Shown here: positions 1 to 10,940 of the stretch, in pieces | How positions within the stretch are numbered: position 1 is the first letter of the stretch | How the letters are laid out: every line of letters begins with the position of its first letter | DNA from: Zygnema circumcarinatum SAG 698-1b | Taxonomy: Eukaryota > Plantae > Zygnematophyceae | Direction of reading: 5' to 3' | Length of the DNA stretch: 64,000 nucleotides | Assembly (NCBI GenBank): GCA_037447605.1 | Contig: CM074805.1 | Coordinates: forward strand, 4,435,361 to 4,499,360 | Translations under genes and position numbers: made by a program | Notes under the pieces: model-generated | The model's database searches: none | What the model saw: only the letters and a program-made list of their open reading frames with translations | Told to the model about the DNA's origin: nothing

Positions 1-920
1 TCGGTGTCCCTCCCCTCTCCCACGTCCTCCTCGGCCTCCCCCCTCATGCAGACCTCCAGCTGCTGCCAAGTCCCCAATTGCAGCATCTTTCTTATTCTCA
101 CTCTGAATGGGGTCCACCTTATCTTCATGCTGAGCTAATCCTGCAGCTCCTGCCAGCTCCCCAACTGCACCTCCCTTCTTCTCTTCATCAATCCCCCGCT
201 GCCCCACGTGTTCCCTATGCTTCCCCCCTTCTCTACCTTCACGTTGCCCTCCCCTGAACCCATGACTGCCATGATCATGGTTTCCACCGTGCTCTCCATG
301 AAGTTCACCCGTCATATGATGGCCGTCATGCTTCTTCCCCTCATGCCTGCCCTCTCCGCCCCTACGCTCTCCTTCATGCTCTCCCTTATGCCCCCTATGC
401 TCTTTAAGATGTTCACGATCCTTTCCATGATGACCCCCATGCTCATGGTCCCCATGGCCATGGCTCTTCTGGCCCTTCTCCTGCTCATCGAGATCGATGA
501 CTTTGCCGAGGACATGCGCCTTGCGCGAGTTGTCAGCGGCATCGCCATGGTGGCCATGACCATGGCCTTTTTTTGGGGATCCATGGCCGTCTCTGCCACG
601 GCGGTTGTGCCTCTCCCCTCCCTCCCTCACGCCCATTTCCGCTGGAAGGGTCAGCGGATTAGTGGCTACAGCTTCGGAACTCGGGTTCTCAGTAGTCTGC
701 GGCTCAGCAAGAGGCTGCGTCTGCAACATTACAACGAGAAATATGCATCAGCTGAAAGGCAAATATTCTTTTGTCACGCCCCAGCTTGGACACCACACAA
801 ACGAATTCAAAATTCTCATCGAATTTTACCACCATATCACAAACAAACCCTTTACCAGACGCCCTCCTATGAGAGCAGAAGTCTCACCTGCACCTGCGGA
901 TAGAGCTGCTCGGACGCCAT
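1..920 (-). CDS. His/Gly/Glu-rich hydrophilic protein, 3' part runs off the window; contains an ASR (ABA/WDS)-like segment
   Basis: Exon 1 is 920-888 (MASEQLYPQVQ, donor GTGAGA). Exon 2 runs from 720 (acceptor TTGCAG) to <1 in phase 0 with no stop: TQPLAEPQ...GHGHGHHGD...HGHGDHEHGGHHG...AVGELAGAAGLAQHEDKVDP...AAIGDLAAAGGLHE. It is missing from the ORF track because it has no stop in the window. Confidence 0.8.
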
Positions 921-1029
921 ACTGCTGTTGCGGAAGTAGTGCCTTTCCTCTCCAAACTCTCGCCTTGTCTGCTCTCCTCTTCTTCCTCCTCTCACCTTCT
1001 CCTCCCTCTCTCTCGTCAGGAAGCTCCCG

Positions 1030-1300
1030 ACCACGTTTCTAAATCTCACCGGGGGCCGCTCCCTTTTATAGCCAGAGGCGGGTCCGCACGCCACCCCGTG
1101 TCTTGGAGCACACGGCAGCCTGGCCGACCACACGTGGACACAGTTCCACGTGGACCAATGTGCGAGGTGAACGGCCACCCTGCAGTCCACGCGGCAAGTG
1201 CTGGAAGTCCCAAGCGTTGCGGACTGCCACGCTACATTTTGCTGACGTGGCGCCACGCGGCGTTTGGACAGGTAGCTGGGTTCGGTCAAGCTGCCACGTT
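1030..1300 (-). promoter_or_regulatory. TATA box plus ABRE/G-box/CE3-like cluster upstream of the His-rich gene
   Basis: TATAAAAG on the minus strand at 1070-1063. CACGTG at 1131 and 1147, TGACGTGG at ~1243, CCACGCGG at ~1186 and ~1253, GCCACGTT at ~1293. Confidence 0.55.
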
Positions 1301-1454
1301 GGCAAGACCGCCCTCATGGAACCCAGAAACCCATCGCGCACGACGGCGAAACTGTCCATGGAACCGAGGCCCGAAGCGGACAAGTCCAGAGTCCTGCACA
1401 GGCCGGGTCGTTGGATCAACCGCATAGTTGCGGGACCACTGGTTGGTTTGTGAC

Positions 1455-1670
1455 CCAACCAATCATTGCCGATAGTCACAACCATTGGATTCAATGGTTG
1501 CCAGCCACTGTCTGGTGACTCAGCCAGTCATTGCCAGCGGTTGCAACCATTGAATACCCGGCCAACCATTGGAATGGTTACGAACCATTGATTTGCGACT
1601 CAAAACCAGTGGACGGCCAACCATTGGGTGGTCAACGATTGAACGGCCAACCGTCCAACCATTGGCTGCC
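1455..1670. repeat. Cluster of AACCATTG motifs (degenerate minisatellite) with a 9-bp hairpin
   Basis: AACCATTG at ~1480, 1545, 1564, 1583, 1619 and 1657, plus variants. CAACCATTG-GATT-CAATGGTTG at 1479-1500. Confidence 0.7.
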
Positions 1671-2126
1671 AGGTCTGCCCGGACCAGCGGGCAGATCAAT
1701 TTAAGAAAAAACACATGCAAGGCTACCGCGACACCCAATAAGAAAGTTTCTTTGCTGCCCACCAACGCTGACCGGTGCCGTATGGAGCTCGTCCGTACAA
1801 TCCCCATCCTGAACCACGACTGACGCAATAACTGAGAGGTGAAAGAAGCTCCTTGTCCAAGTTCCGTTGGCAGTATTACTGCGGCCTAGTTTCTCACATG
1901 TGACCTTAGGACCGTTCTGTATTGTACTTTACTTTATCGAGGTCGCTCCCTGTTTTCGCCATTTCCCTATCTGCTTTTCATCCCCTCGATTCGCCACCCT
2001 TTCACTCCGAGTGCCGCTTTCCCTCTCTCCTCTTCAAGAGATTGGTCCTCTCGCTGAAGACATGTAAGGAGTGATTTTCACATGCGGCCTGACGCGCCAC
2101 TTACTTGATGGCATGAATGCAGGGAA

Positions 2127-2156
2127 GCATGCCATGCCATGCCATGCCATGCCATG
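2127..2156. repeat. (GCCAT)n pentanucleotide repeat, RY-like CATGC cores
   Basis: gcatgccatgccatgccatgccatgccatg read directly. Confidence 0.85.
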
Positions 2157-2503
2157 ACCAGCTTGCTTGCATCACGCAGTCTGCGAAAAGGCCAGGCAAG
2201 GCATTTGAACACCACAGCTTTATTACTCCCACAAGAGTACGCGCCCTTGGTGGGACAAATCCACCTTCATGGCGGATCCGCCTTCATTGCGGCGGTCTAT
2301 ACTATACCCTATATAACTGCTATCTTATGCTATACTACTGCAACATTTCTACTACCAGAGGCCCGCTTTACCCCACCTCCTTTACAAAGAGCTTCCTCTG
2401 TATTCCCTTCATAGGATCTGCTTGGATCTGTCTCTGCAAAGGAGCAGGTTGGCTTACCCCGGCAGATAGAGATCCAACAGAGCTTTCTGTCCCTTCTACC
2501 CAC

Positions 2504-5220
2504 CTACCCTAACTCTGCTATGGGGGCCTGCATCTCTCCATTCTCTCCCCCTCCTCCCAATTGCCCCCCTGTGAGATACGTTTTGCTCCGAAGGGAGCCG
2601 TGACGGACAAGCCCATTCTGCCGTTGGGCTCGGAACTGCTTCAAGAGCATGTTGGCCTGCAGGGTAACAGAAAGCCTCTTTTCAGTCAAGAGTCCAGCAA
2701 AAGCAACGCAGTGGAACTGTATGCAAATGGCATACAAAATTGAAGGTCGTATCGAAAGACGGACACATGTAAGGGCACTGAGAGTGTGTGTCAAACACGG
2801 AAATGAAGGTGGTTTGAGCACATGAAGACAGCGAGGGACAAAGCATAGACACAACCAGTTAGGGCGAATTTCCCAAATTTCACGTCAACTCGTGAAAGTG
2901 AGAGAGATTGAGAGAGAGAGGGAGAGGAAGAGGGCGAGGGCGAGGTAGAGTAAGAGTGAGAGTGGGAGAGAGAAGGGGTAGAGCTGCAATCTCACCTTCT
3001 CCTTCGCCCGAGGTGATCCAGTTTGTGTGAGAGCAACGAGGGGAGGAATGGCCCCCTCCTGCAGTATCATAGAGCGGAGTCGAGACGAACTGCTGGAGAG
3101 GTGCAGGAGAGCAGCGCACGCACTCTCTTTCCCTTTCAGCGACCCCGACTCCAACACCTCCACCAATGGCGGAATGCCTCCTTTCTCTACAATGGCGGCC
3201 CGCCCTTCGGGGTCGGACGCAAGGTTGGAAAGCACAGCACATGCTTTGTCGACCATGGGAGAGGTGAGTTCGATGAGCTGCACAAGGAGGCCCACTGCAC
3301 CGGCTCGCACTATCTTCCCTTTATTTGCGCTGAAAATGGAGAGCATGAAGAGGGCCATGCAGGCATCCTTCTTCCCTCTCGACGAGCCGCTTCCCAAAAG
3401 CTTAACGAGGGGGGGAATTGCCCCAGATGCTCCAATTGTCACCTTGTTTTCGTCCATCTTTGACAGACTGAAAAGAGTGGCTGCAGCGTTTTCTTGGGCC
3501 ATTTGCGATCCACTTTCCAGCACCTTCACGAGAAGATCAACCGCCCCAGTTGCCGCAATTGCACCCTTGTTTCCCTCGTTGATCGACACGTTGAGCAGGG
3601 CAGTCACTGCCAGCTCAACGACTGCGGGATTTTCCGATTTCAGCAGATGAACGAGGGGCTCTATGCCTCCTGCAGACGCAATTCGTATTCTATTCACCAT
3701 ACTGCACTTTGCCAGAATCCTAATCTGCTCAGCTGCTCCCAGCTGCTCCCCTTGATCTCCTCCTCTCAGCGCTTGAACTATGGGCTCTACGGGAATGTCT
3801 TCATCATCCGGACTTACACAAGTCGTATGAGTGCTACATGTGTGGTTTAAGGGGCTTGTTGCTGCTCCCCCATCCTCATCTGCTTCACTCTCTCCTCCTG
3901 CAGTGGAGCCGTTCCGTTCATTCCAAGATGCAGAACAAGATTCGGAGACCTCTCCTTCAGGTGTCGTTGCAAGACTCTGGCGATCAGGAGAAGTCTGCCA
4001 CTCCGGACTCAACTCACCAGATCGAGGAGGAGGTAGGGAGTTTGAGACAGTGGGACTTCCGAGTTCAGAACTATCCCAACCACCAGTTGCAAGCTCAACA
4101 AGATTAGCAGGTGCCCAAGTGCTATGCCGCATAATTCTCCCTACGGGTCTGCATGTCTGCAAGCGCCTATTGCCCGCTTTGGGAGTCCGAGGCTCAACAT
4201 GAGTGACAGGATCGACCTCTTCAAAGACAACCCACGTGGAAAAACCACCACCCCCCTCTGCAATCAGAGGCTGCAAAGGCTCCCCTGTGCGCTGCCCTTC
4301 CATGCTGGAGGGGTCCGCCTTCTCATCTCTATAGTCTGCAAAGATTCCGTTCTTCTGTGGCGAGATCACGTTGCCATATCCATACTTCCCTTCGTGTTCA
4401 GCCAGACCGTTGACTTCGGATTCAGCGTTCTCGTCTGTGAATGGATGTGAGAACAAGCGGTCGTTTTGATCTAGCTGAGGAGGCAGTGGGAGAGGAAGCC
4501 CTTCCGCCTCGCAGTAACTGGCAATCAGTGCCTTCACTGTATACTGCAACAACATAAGGCAGGCAGACGATCACGCAAAGGAAAAATAAGAAAGATTGCT
4601 ACGCAACCAATGAGTGCTCCAGAACCTTCTAGCTACTCACACGGCAGCAGATTCCCTTATCTCCTGACAGACACCTGCTATTTTTCCCCTCACTTCATCT
4701 CTACTGAACCAGGGAGTAGGCACTTCCCAAAGCAGAAAATCGGACCTTACCTAACCCAAACACACACAGTACCATACCCTCCTACAAAAACCATCCGGGA
4801 TCCTAACAACTCCTTCATCAATTCATCTTCTCCCCTCTCCTAACTCACATCCTTCTCCCCTACTATCATCCCCAATCTCCATACATTTCCAAAACCCCAC
4901 TGCCAACAGATGGCTTAAAAAACTGAACTAACTCCCGCTCTCTCAACATCTGCTTTGCTCACATTCGGAATGACGTCCACGTGGTGAAGGCGCTGCCCAG
5001 TTTTAGGGCACGTCCTGTTCCCTGCTTCAAGCCATCTAAGAATGTATGCTCTCTCATACGTTTGCCCCGAGGCTACCACAGCCGGGTCCGCCATTAGCCT
5101 CCCTGAAAGAGGGCATCGCAGGTGGGAAGGAGCCAAAACCGCAATTTCTTGGCTCCTTGACTTCCCTTTCCTCGCACTCCCTCTTTCTCCCACTGTTCCC
5201 TCCTGGCCCATATCTTCCAT
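2504..5220 (-). CDS. PUB: Plant U-box / ARM-repeat E3 ubiquitin ligase (PUB2/3/4-like)
   Basis: U-box exon ~5220-4963 (RCPLSGRLMADPAVVASGQTYER...CPKTGQ...IPN) splices to 4543-2996 (YTVKALI..., ARM repeats, GSPRAKEK), then last exon 2656-2504. The start codon is uncertain; a probable 5' UTR exon has its donor near 5788. Confidence 0.92.
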
Positions 5221-6013
5221 ACACCGTTCTCATGCAGCGCATTGCGCATGCCTGCAAGCCATGGTTCGTTTTCTAGAGACTTTTGTACTCTTGCACCACC
5301 TCCTGCTTGCGAGAATTCCTCCTTTGAAGATGATTTCACAGCAGCTGCGTCGAAGTAATCCGCAAGTTACTCGCATATGCTGCAAGAAGAGGAGATCACT
5401 AAAGAAAGTCAGGAGTGTCTAAGGAACTCCAATACCGACTAATGAGAGATACACATTTAATTCCAAAAATCAGATCTATTTCAAGGTCGAAGGAAGTGGA
5501 GTCCACGGGTGAATACGGCTGCAATAACTAGACACTGACACTCAAGGATCCTAAAAAAATCCATCAGATGCTCAGATGGCACGCACGTTTCGAAGGACAC
5601 TTAATAGCTCTGATGTACCTTAGCCTCAAAACCTCGACCCTGAACATGAGCTATGCGCACATTAAAAAAGAAGAGCACAACACTACATTCAACCAGTGCG
5701 GCTGGTACCACTTGCCACGCTCCCTGTTTCAGTTCCACGTTTTAGGGTTAGCAAGAGACAGCTAGAAAAGAGGAGCGAAACGCCTCACCTTAAAAGTGAA
5801 GCTTCACCGCTGTCTCCTGGGAGGGCGACGCGGAGGGATCGATGAGGCAAGCGAGAGAGGCGAGAGCGAGAGAGGGAGAGTTAGAGAGAGAGCGAGAACG
5901 AAAGGGAGCGTGGGATAGAGAGAGAGAGGCAGACGGAGAGAGAGGGAGAGAGTGAGGGAGCGAGGGCGGTGGGCGCAGCAGATTCGTCCATCGCACGCCC
6001 CCCTGTGGGAGCC

Positions 6014-6074
6014 GTATCAGTACGGATAAGTACAAAAATGTACGGTTTAAGTACCTTGGCCGTATTGTCCGTAC
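6014..6074. promoter_or_regulatory. Helically phased GTAC cluster (SBP/SPL-type core) in the PUB promoter
   Basis: GTAC at 6020, 6030, 6040, 6051 and 6071, with GTAT at 6062. Confidence 0.5.
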
Positions 6075-7129
6075 AGGGGCCGGGCGGGCACGTGCGGCCG
6101 CGCAGGTTAAACTCCGAGGTTGGTAGCGGGCCCTGGTGGGGACCAAATCGCAAAATTCGCGGGTTGTCGAGTTTTTCCAAAAAACTAGTTTTTTGGAGAA
6201 AACTAGTTATTCGGCGGATCGCGGAAAAAAGGGGGTGTAAGAGGGGCCGGTTTTTTGTGGAAGGAAAGGTTGTTCCAAAAATTGTGGATCGGTTACCACC
6301 AGAATTCAGAGTGGCAGCTTTGTCTGTTGCGCGTTTGGCAACTTTGGACGACACGATGCAAGCCACGTGGCGCGTTCTTGTTTGCTGCAAATGGCGTTAA
6401 TAATTAGGGCTTATCAACCTTGTAATTATCCTAAGGGTCTTGATGTAAAATAACAGTACTTTAGCTTCAAATTTAAAACAATTTTTTCGAAAACCAGAGT
6501 ACTAATTTCGACCTGACTCTTTGAAGAAAAATAAAAAATGGATGGGCGCTATTTATTGGAAGCCGCAGCGCCGCAGTGCCGCCCAAATCTTCTGCCGACA
6601 ATTCGCGCCGTCCGACATGGCATCCTCCCATTGGCTAAGGTCCCAGGGCTCATTTCCGTGGGCCACGTGGCACATGCCCGCCAGCTGGCAGCTGCTGCGC
6701 CAGGGCGGCACCCTCCCCTGCCAGCTCCCTCCCCGTCCCCCGTCTCGCCCCAGGTTCAAATTTCTCGCTTTCCAAGACCTCAACGGGCGGATCGTAGCCG
6801 TCCGATCGAAAACACGGACGGTCCAGATCCGCAGGCCCCCTTTCTGGGGCACCAGAAACTGCGCCCCCGGAAGGGTCCCCGGCGGCGGGTCCCCGGGTCG
6901 GCAGGTGTCGGCGCCGGAAATCTTCCGCCGAAGGACCAATCATTAAGGTCCGTACGGAGGCGCCTGACGCCGTACGATCCGTGCATGGATCCGATCCGAC
7001 CACGGAGAGGCGGGCGGGCGGGCGGCGGCGGTCAGTGAAGGGGGGAGGGGCGGGCGGGCGCAGGTTGTGGCAAAAAACCGGGTTTAAGGGATCGTAAGGA
7101 GGGGGGGAGGTTGTTTCGCACGTGCGCAT

Positions 7130-7790
7130 TTACAAGGAGCGGACGCGCGGCGGGAACATTCGAATTGGAGGGCAAATTGCTGGAAGATCACGGGCGCAGC
7201 TCTTTACTTCAAAACTCATTACTGCCGGAATGAAAGGTGTGGAATGAAAGCAGGGTTGACAAAAACTGTGCGGCAGTAAACGATGGGTTTCATTAATTAC
7301 TACTTGCGGGGATGCATTCACACACGCCCTCGGCGGGCGGCGGCGTTGCACAAGCAACAAAGCGCTCCGTGCTCCCTGCTGGAGGAGGAGCAGCGCGAGT
7401 CGGCCAGGGCGCGGGCCGGGCCTCCAGAGGCTGGCTGCTCTGCTCGCAGCCCTCCTCCTGCTCCTCCTGCTCCTCCTGCTCCTCCTGCTGCTGCCGGAAG
7501 TGCCCGGACGGACGGACGGACGAGCACCCGCGGGCCGCGGGCCGCGGCTTGCAGGAATGCAGGCAGACAGGCAGGCGGCGACCGGCAGGAGGCTCAGCCA
7601 GCGCGAGCCGGGAGGGAGGGGGGGGGGGGAGGGAGGGAGGGAGGGAGGGAGGGAGGGAGGGAGGGAGGGAGGGAGGCCAACCCCCGTCTCGGCCGCGGCC
7701 GCAGCCATGGCGGGCGGAGCGGCCCGCTGTCAGCGACTTAAAGGCGCCGAGAGAGAGGGCGAGGGCCGGCGGAGGGCCATGGCGTGGGTA
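7130..7790. other. GC-rich coding-like island, unresolved
   Basis: The minus-strand ATG at 7708 (MAAAAAETG) is followed by a CT-rich tract and a Gln/Glu-rich frame. One plus-strand frame encodes a long Leu run with no in-frame ATG. Promoter-like CGTAC and GGCCCA motifs lie at 7810-7835. No family recognised. Confidence 0.25.
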
Positions 7791-8716
7791 ACTGCGGGGA
7801 CAGTATGGGTTGTACGGACTGGCCCAAATCGTACGAATAACTGACGTGACGCTACAAGTCTTCCAAAGCCAATTGGGAATTTAGGATCCATTAGGGCTTA
7901 CGCCATAACGTTAGGTTACGGGAAAAAGTTCTGCGAACATGATGACGTCACGACGCCATCATCGAACAGGAACCAGTTTGCATTTGTAGTTTGCGAATCA
8001 CCGCATGACACGTGTAGAATTCTGATTGGCTGCAACAGGCTACAACGTGGCATCCTCCCGTTGGCTGCAGTTGTAGCAATTCCCGGCGGCTTCCTCGAGT
8101 CGTGACGTGTGCGCCCGAAGGCGTGACGTCGCAAAGTTCGCATCCGGCGGTTGGAAACCGGCGGCAGGTTTTCCGGTGCGGCTGCCCCCCCCCTCTTACA
8201 GAACCGCGCTTTTTGTTCCTTCGCCAGGCACTGTTTTGTGACCGGCAGAGTCCTATCTCCCTTTTCGAAAACAACTTAGAAGAGGTCCGTCTGTCAACAG
8301 CAGTTACAACAGTCTTTCTTGTTCAATTCTTCGTCTCGACGAGTTTCCAATTCGATTACAAAGTCCAATCACTTCCTTGCCATGAGAGGCACACGATCGG
8401 CCCAACATTTTAGTCATATGCGAACCCAAAAACATGCGCATCCGGCGCCCCAACAAGGCATGGGTCCATGGGTCCAGAACGCGCTTCGGCTCACGCTTTT
8501 CATAATACGTTCGCTCCCATGGAGCCATACACACCCATGAGCCTAAGTCCTTCCACGACGCAAAGTGATCCCAAACTGTGTTAAACTTACAACAACAACA
8601 ACAACATCAAAAAGACCTGACCTGCCCAACGAGCTACTACGGAAAGGAGGCTCCAGCGTCATATCCTTACAGGATTGGCAGCCGGCGTTGAACTGCACTG
8701 AGCTTCAGACACGTGT

Positions 8717-8762
8717 CCCCCCCCCCCCCCCCCCNNNNNNNNNNCCCCCCCCCCCCCCCCCC
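8717..8762. repeat. Poly-C tract spanning a 10-N gap
   Basis: C run at 8717-8734, N at 8735-8744, C run at 8745-8762. Confidence 0.9.
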
Positions 8763-8852
8763 ACCCCCCGAGAGCTCTTTCCCAGCAGTGAGTGCATGCA
8801 GTAGGCGGGGAGAGCTGCGCCCTGTTCCAAGTACTTGAGAAGACACAAACCA

Positions 8853-10342
8853 CTAAGATTTTTGTTCCTGCTTCGCGGCATCTTCAAAGCTCTCGCCTTC
8901 CACCAATTCCGGGACATCGTCATCATCATCCTCGCCCTCTGCTGCTCCTGCATCCTGTCGTTGGTATTGCTGCGCTATTTTTTTCAAGTTAGCCAAGTTG
9001 TCTGGGCCTGCCACCACAAGAAAGACATAGGAGTGAAATGTGAGTTTAACCTTGAAGCATTTTGGTCCATTAGGGGTCATGAAAACAGTTTAGATTTGCT
9101 CTTCCGCGAAGAGGAAGTTAGATGGGGGAGAGGAAGGGAGAGGAGGCCGAGCCGGGGAGGGAAGGGGGGAAGGGAGTGAAGTACGTAGGGAGACTTAAAT
9201 ACTGAAGTGAGTCAAAAAATGGTGAAATCAGTGCCAAACCGAACCCTATGTCTGTGTCAGAGATATCTTTGGTATGGCCTGAATCTACCTAAAAACGGGG
9301 GAGGTAAGAAAACTTCAAATTGGACAAAATAATAAGCACAATCATTTCACGAAATTTATTACAGGGAGCAAGGACATTTGACCCTTACACACTTGCCAGG
9401 TCAAACATCTCACTTCCAGCAAGATTGAAACGGTCACAAATTCGCAAGGTACCTTCCACCAAAAAAAAGATTGAAGAAAAACTGGCAATTGGGTTTCAGT
9501 TAATCTTTGAGGTCTGTAAGGGAGCAACTTACCAAGCTGATTAATGATCCCTGGCAGCAAGTCTTGTAGCTCTGCAAGCAAAACAAAGTACACATTTTAA
9601 GTTTGGCAGGCTTTCCCTGCAAGGAAGAAAATGCTCAAGACAGGAGACACACAGAGAGCGAGAGAGAGAGAGAGAGAGGGAGAGAGAGAGGGGGGGAAAG
9701 AGAGGAGAAAGTGGCATGTAAACTGTTCTACTGCGTTCCGATTAATGGCCTTGAGAAGTTGAACAATTTAGATTGAATTACAGTTACGGGTTTCCCCAGC
9801 AACACATTCTTCAAAAACATGGGAGCGTGTCCTATACTTTAAAGACAGTCTCGAATGATTCAAAACAGTTGAACACAAGAACATTCTTCTTTTCTTTCAT
9901 CGTAAGACATTTCGATCCTATACAAAAGGAAGTCTTCAAAAATTCCTCGCTCTCTCACTCTCTCTCCAGAATCCAGTTTAGAAAAAAAAAACTCGATTCA
10001 ATGACTGAGTGAAAAGGCTTTACTCTTTGTCTGAGAGGTTCCGCTGACGACCCACGTATTAGCAGCAATCGACGCTTGAACTGGAATTAAGCAAACGAAC
10101 AATAAGGAATTAGGGAAAGAAAAAGCGCAAATCAAATCTTCAGGAATGAACGAAAAATGTGAATTAGCTGCGGCACCTATGTTCAGCCGCTCAAGTAAGT
10201 AACAATACAGACAACTCAACATGACAAGCGAGCTGTCAATACTTTCAGAATACGCAGTTAGGAGCACAACGACACCCTGTATGTACATTTTTTAGATTGT
10301 CCGACGAGCAGTCCAAGAGACTGAACTCTCTCCCTCTCTCTC

Positions 10343-10393
<51 letters not shown>

Positions 10394-10940
10394 AATGCAA
10401 TTAGCATTATCGTACGACAATTTTCATTCAGCAAAAAGCGACGGGAAAGACAGTCAGCTCCAAAATACCTTTTGGGTTCACAAAGTGGATGACAGTCTCA
10501 TCCTTGAAAATATTAACCTCCTCAATGCCGGGGATCGTGTTCACCCCCAACCTCTTTAATGTGTTCTGCAAGCGCTTATCATCTGTGGTTGTCGTTTTCC
10601 GCACGGCCTTCGTCTTTCTGTACGCAGCAAGAGCAGGCAACGCTGCTTCTTTGTTACCCTCAGAGACCCTTTTCCAATGCTCTCACGCTCCAGGCAAAAC
10701 CCACTTGCATGCTGTTCTCAAACCCTTAAGCCCTAAAGCTCCTCCGTTTGGGTGAAAGGGAAGGAGTCCTCCAGGCAACACCATGACCTGGAACTGCTGA
10801 AATCTGCCAAGAAAAATCTCTAATGCAAACATATTTGAATGCAATTGCATTTCAAAGCGTGGCTGCATTTACCTTCTCACACTGCCTTTTCCTCCCGTCC
10901 TCACAGCACTCGCCATCCGCATTAGCTTTTCCCGATTCAT
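8853..10940 (-). CDS. BTF3: Nascent polypeptide-associated complex subunit beta (BTF3)
   Basis: Exons 10940-10873, 10617-10469, 10080-10024, 9571-9533 and 9007-8853 splice in phase: [23 protein letters not shown]...[30 protein letters not shown]...[14 protein letters not shown]...[21 protein letters not shown]...[13 protein letters not shown]. Confidence 0.97.

Noticed and set aside
208-903. 231-aa Met-rich plus-strand ORF
   Set aside because: It is the antisense shadow of the His-rich gene (CAT codons read as ATG). The minus-strand frame has the splice sites and TATA box.
6177-6196. 20-bp perfect palindrome CCAAAAAACTAGTTTTTTGG
   Set aside because: Low-complexity A/T arms, single occurrence and no element boundaries.
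9008-10468. Searched BTF3 introns for intronic box C/D snoRNAs
   Set aside because: No convincing RUGAUGA...CUGA pair with a terminal stem was seen on the sense strand.
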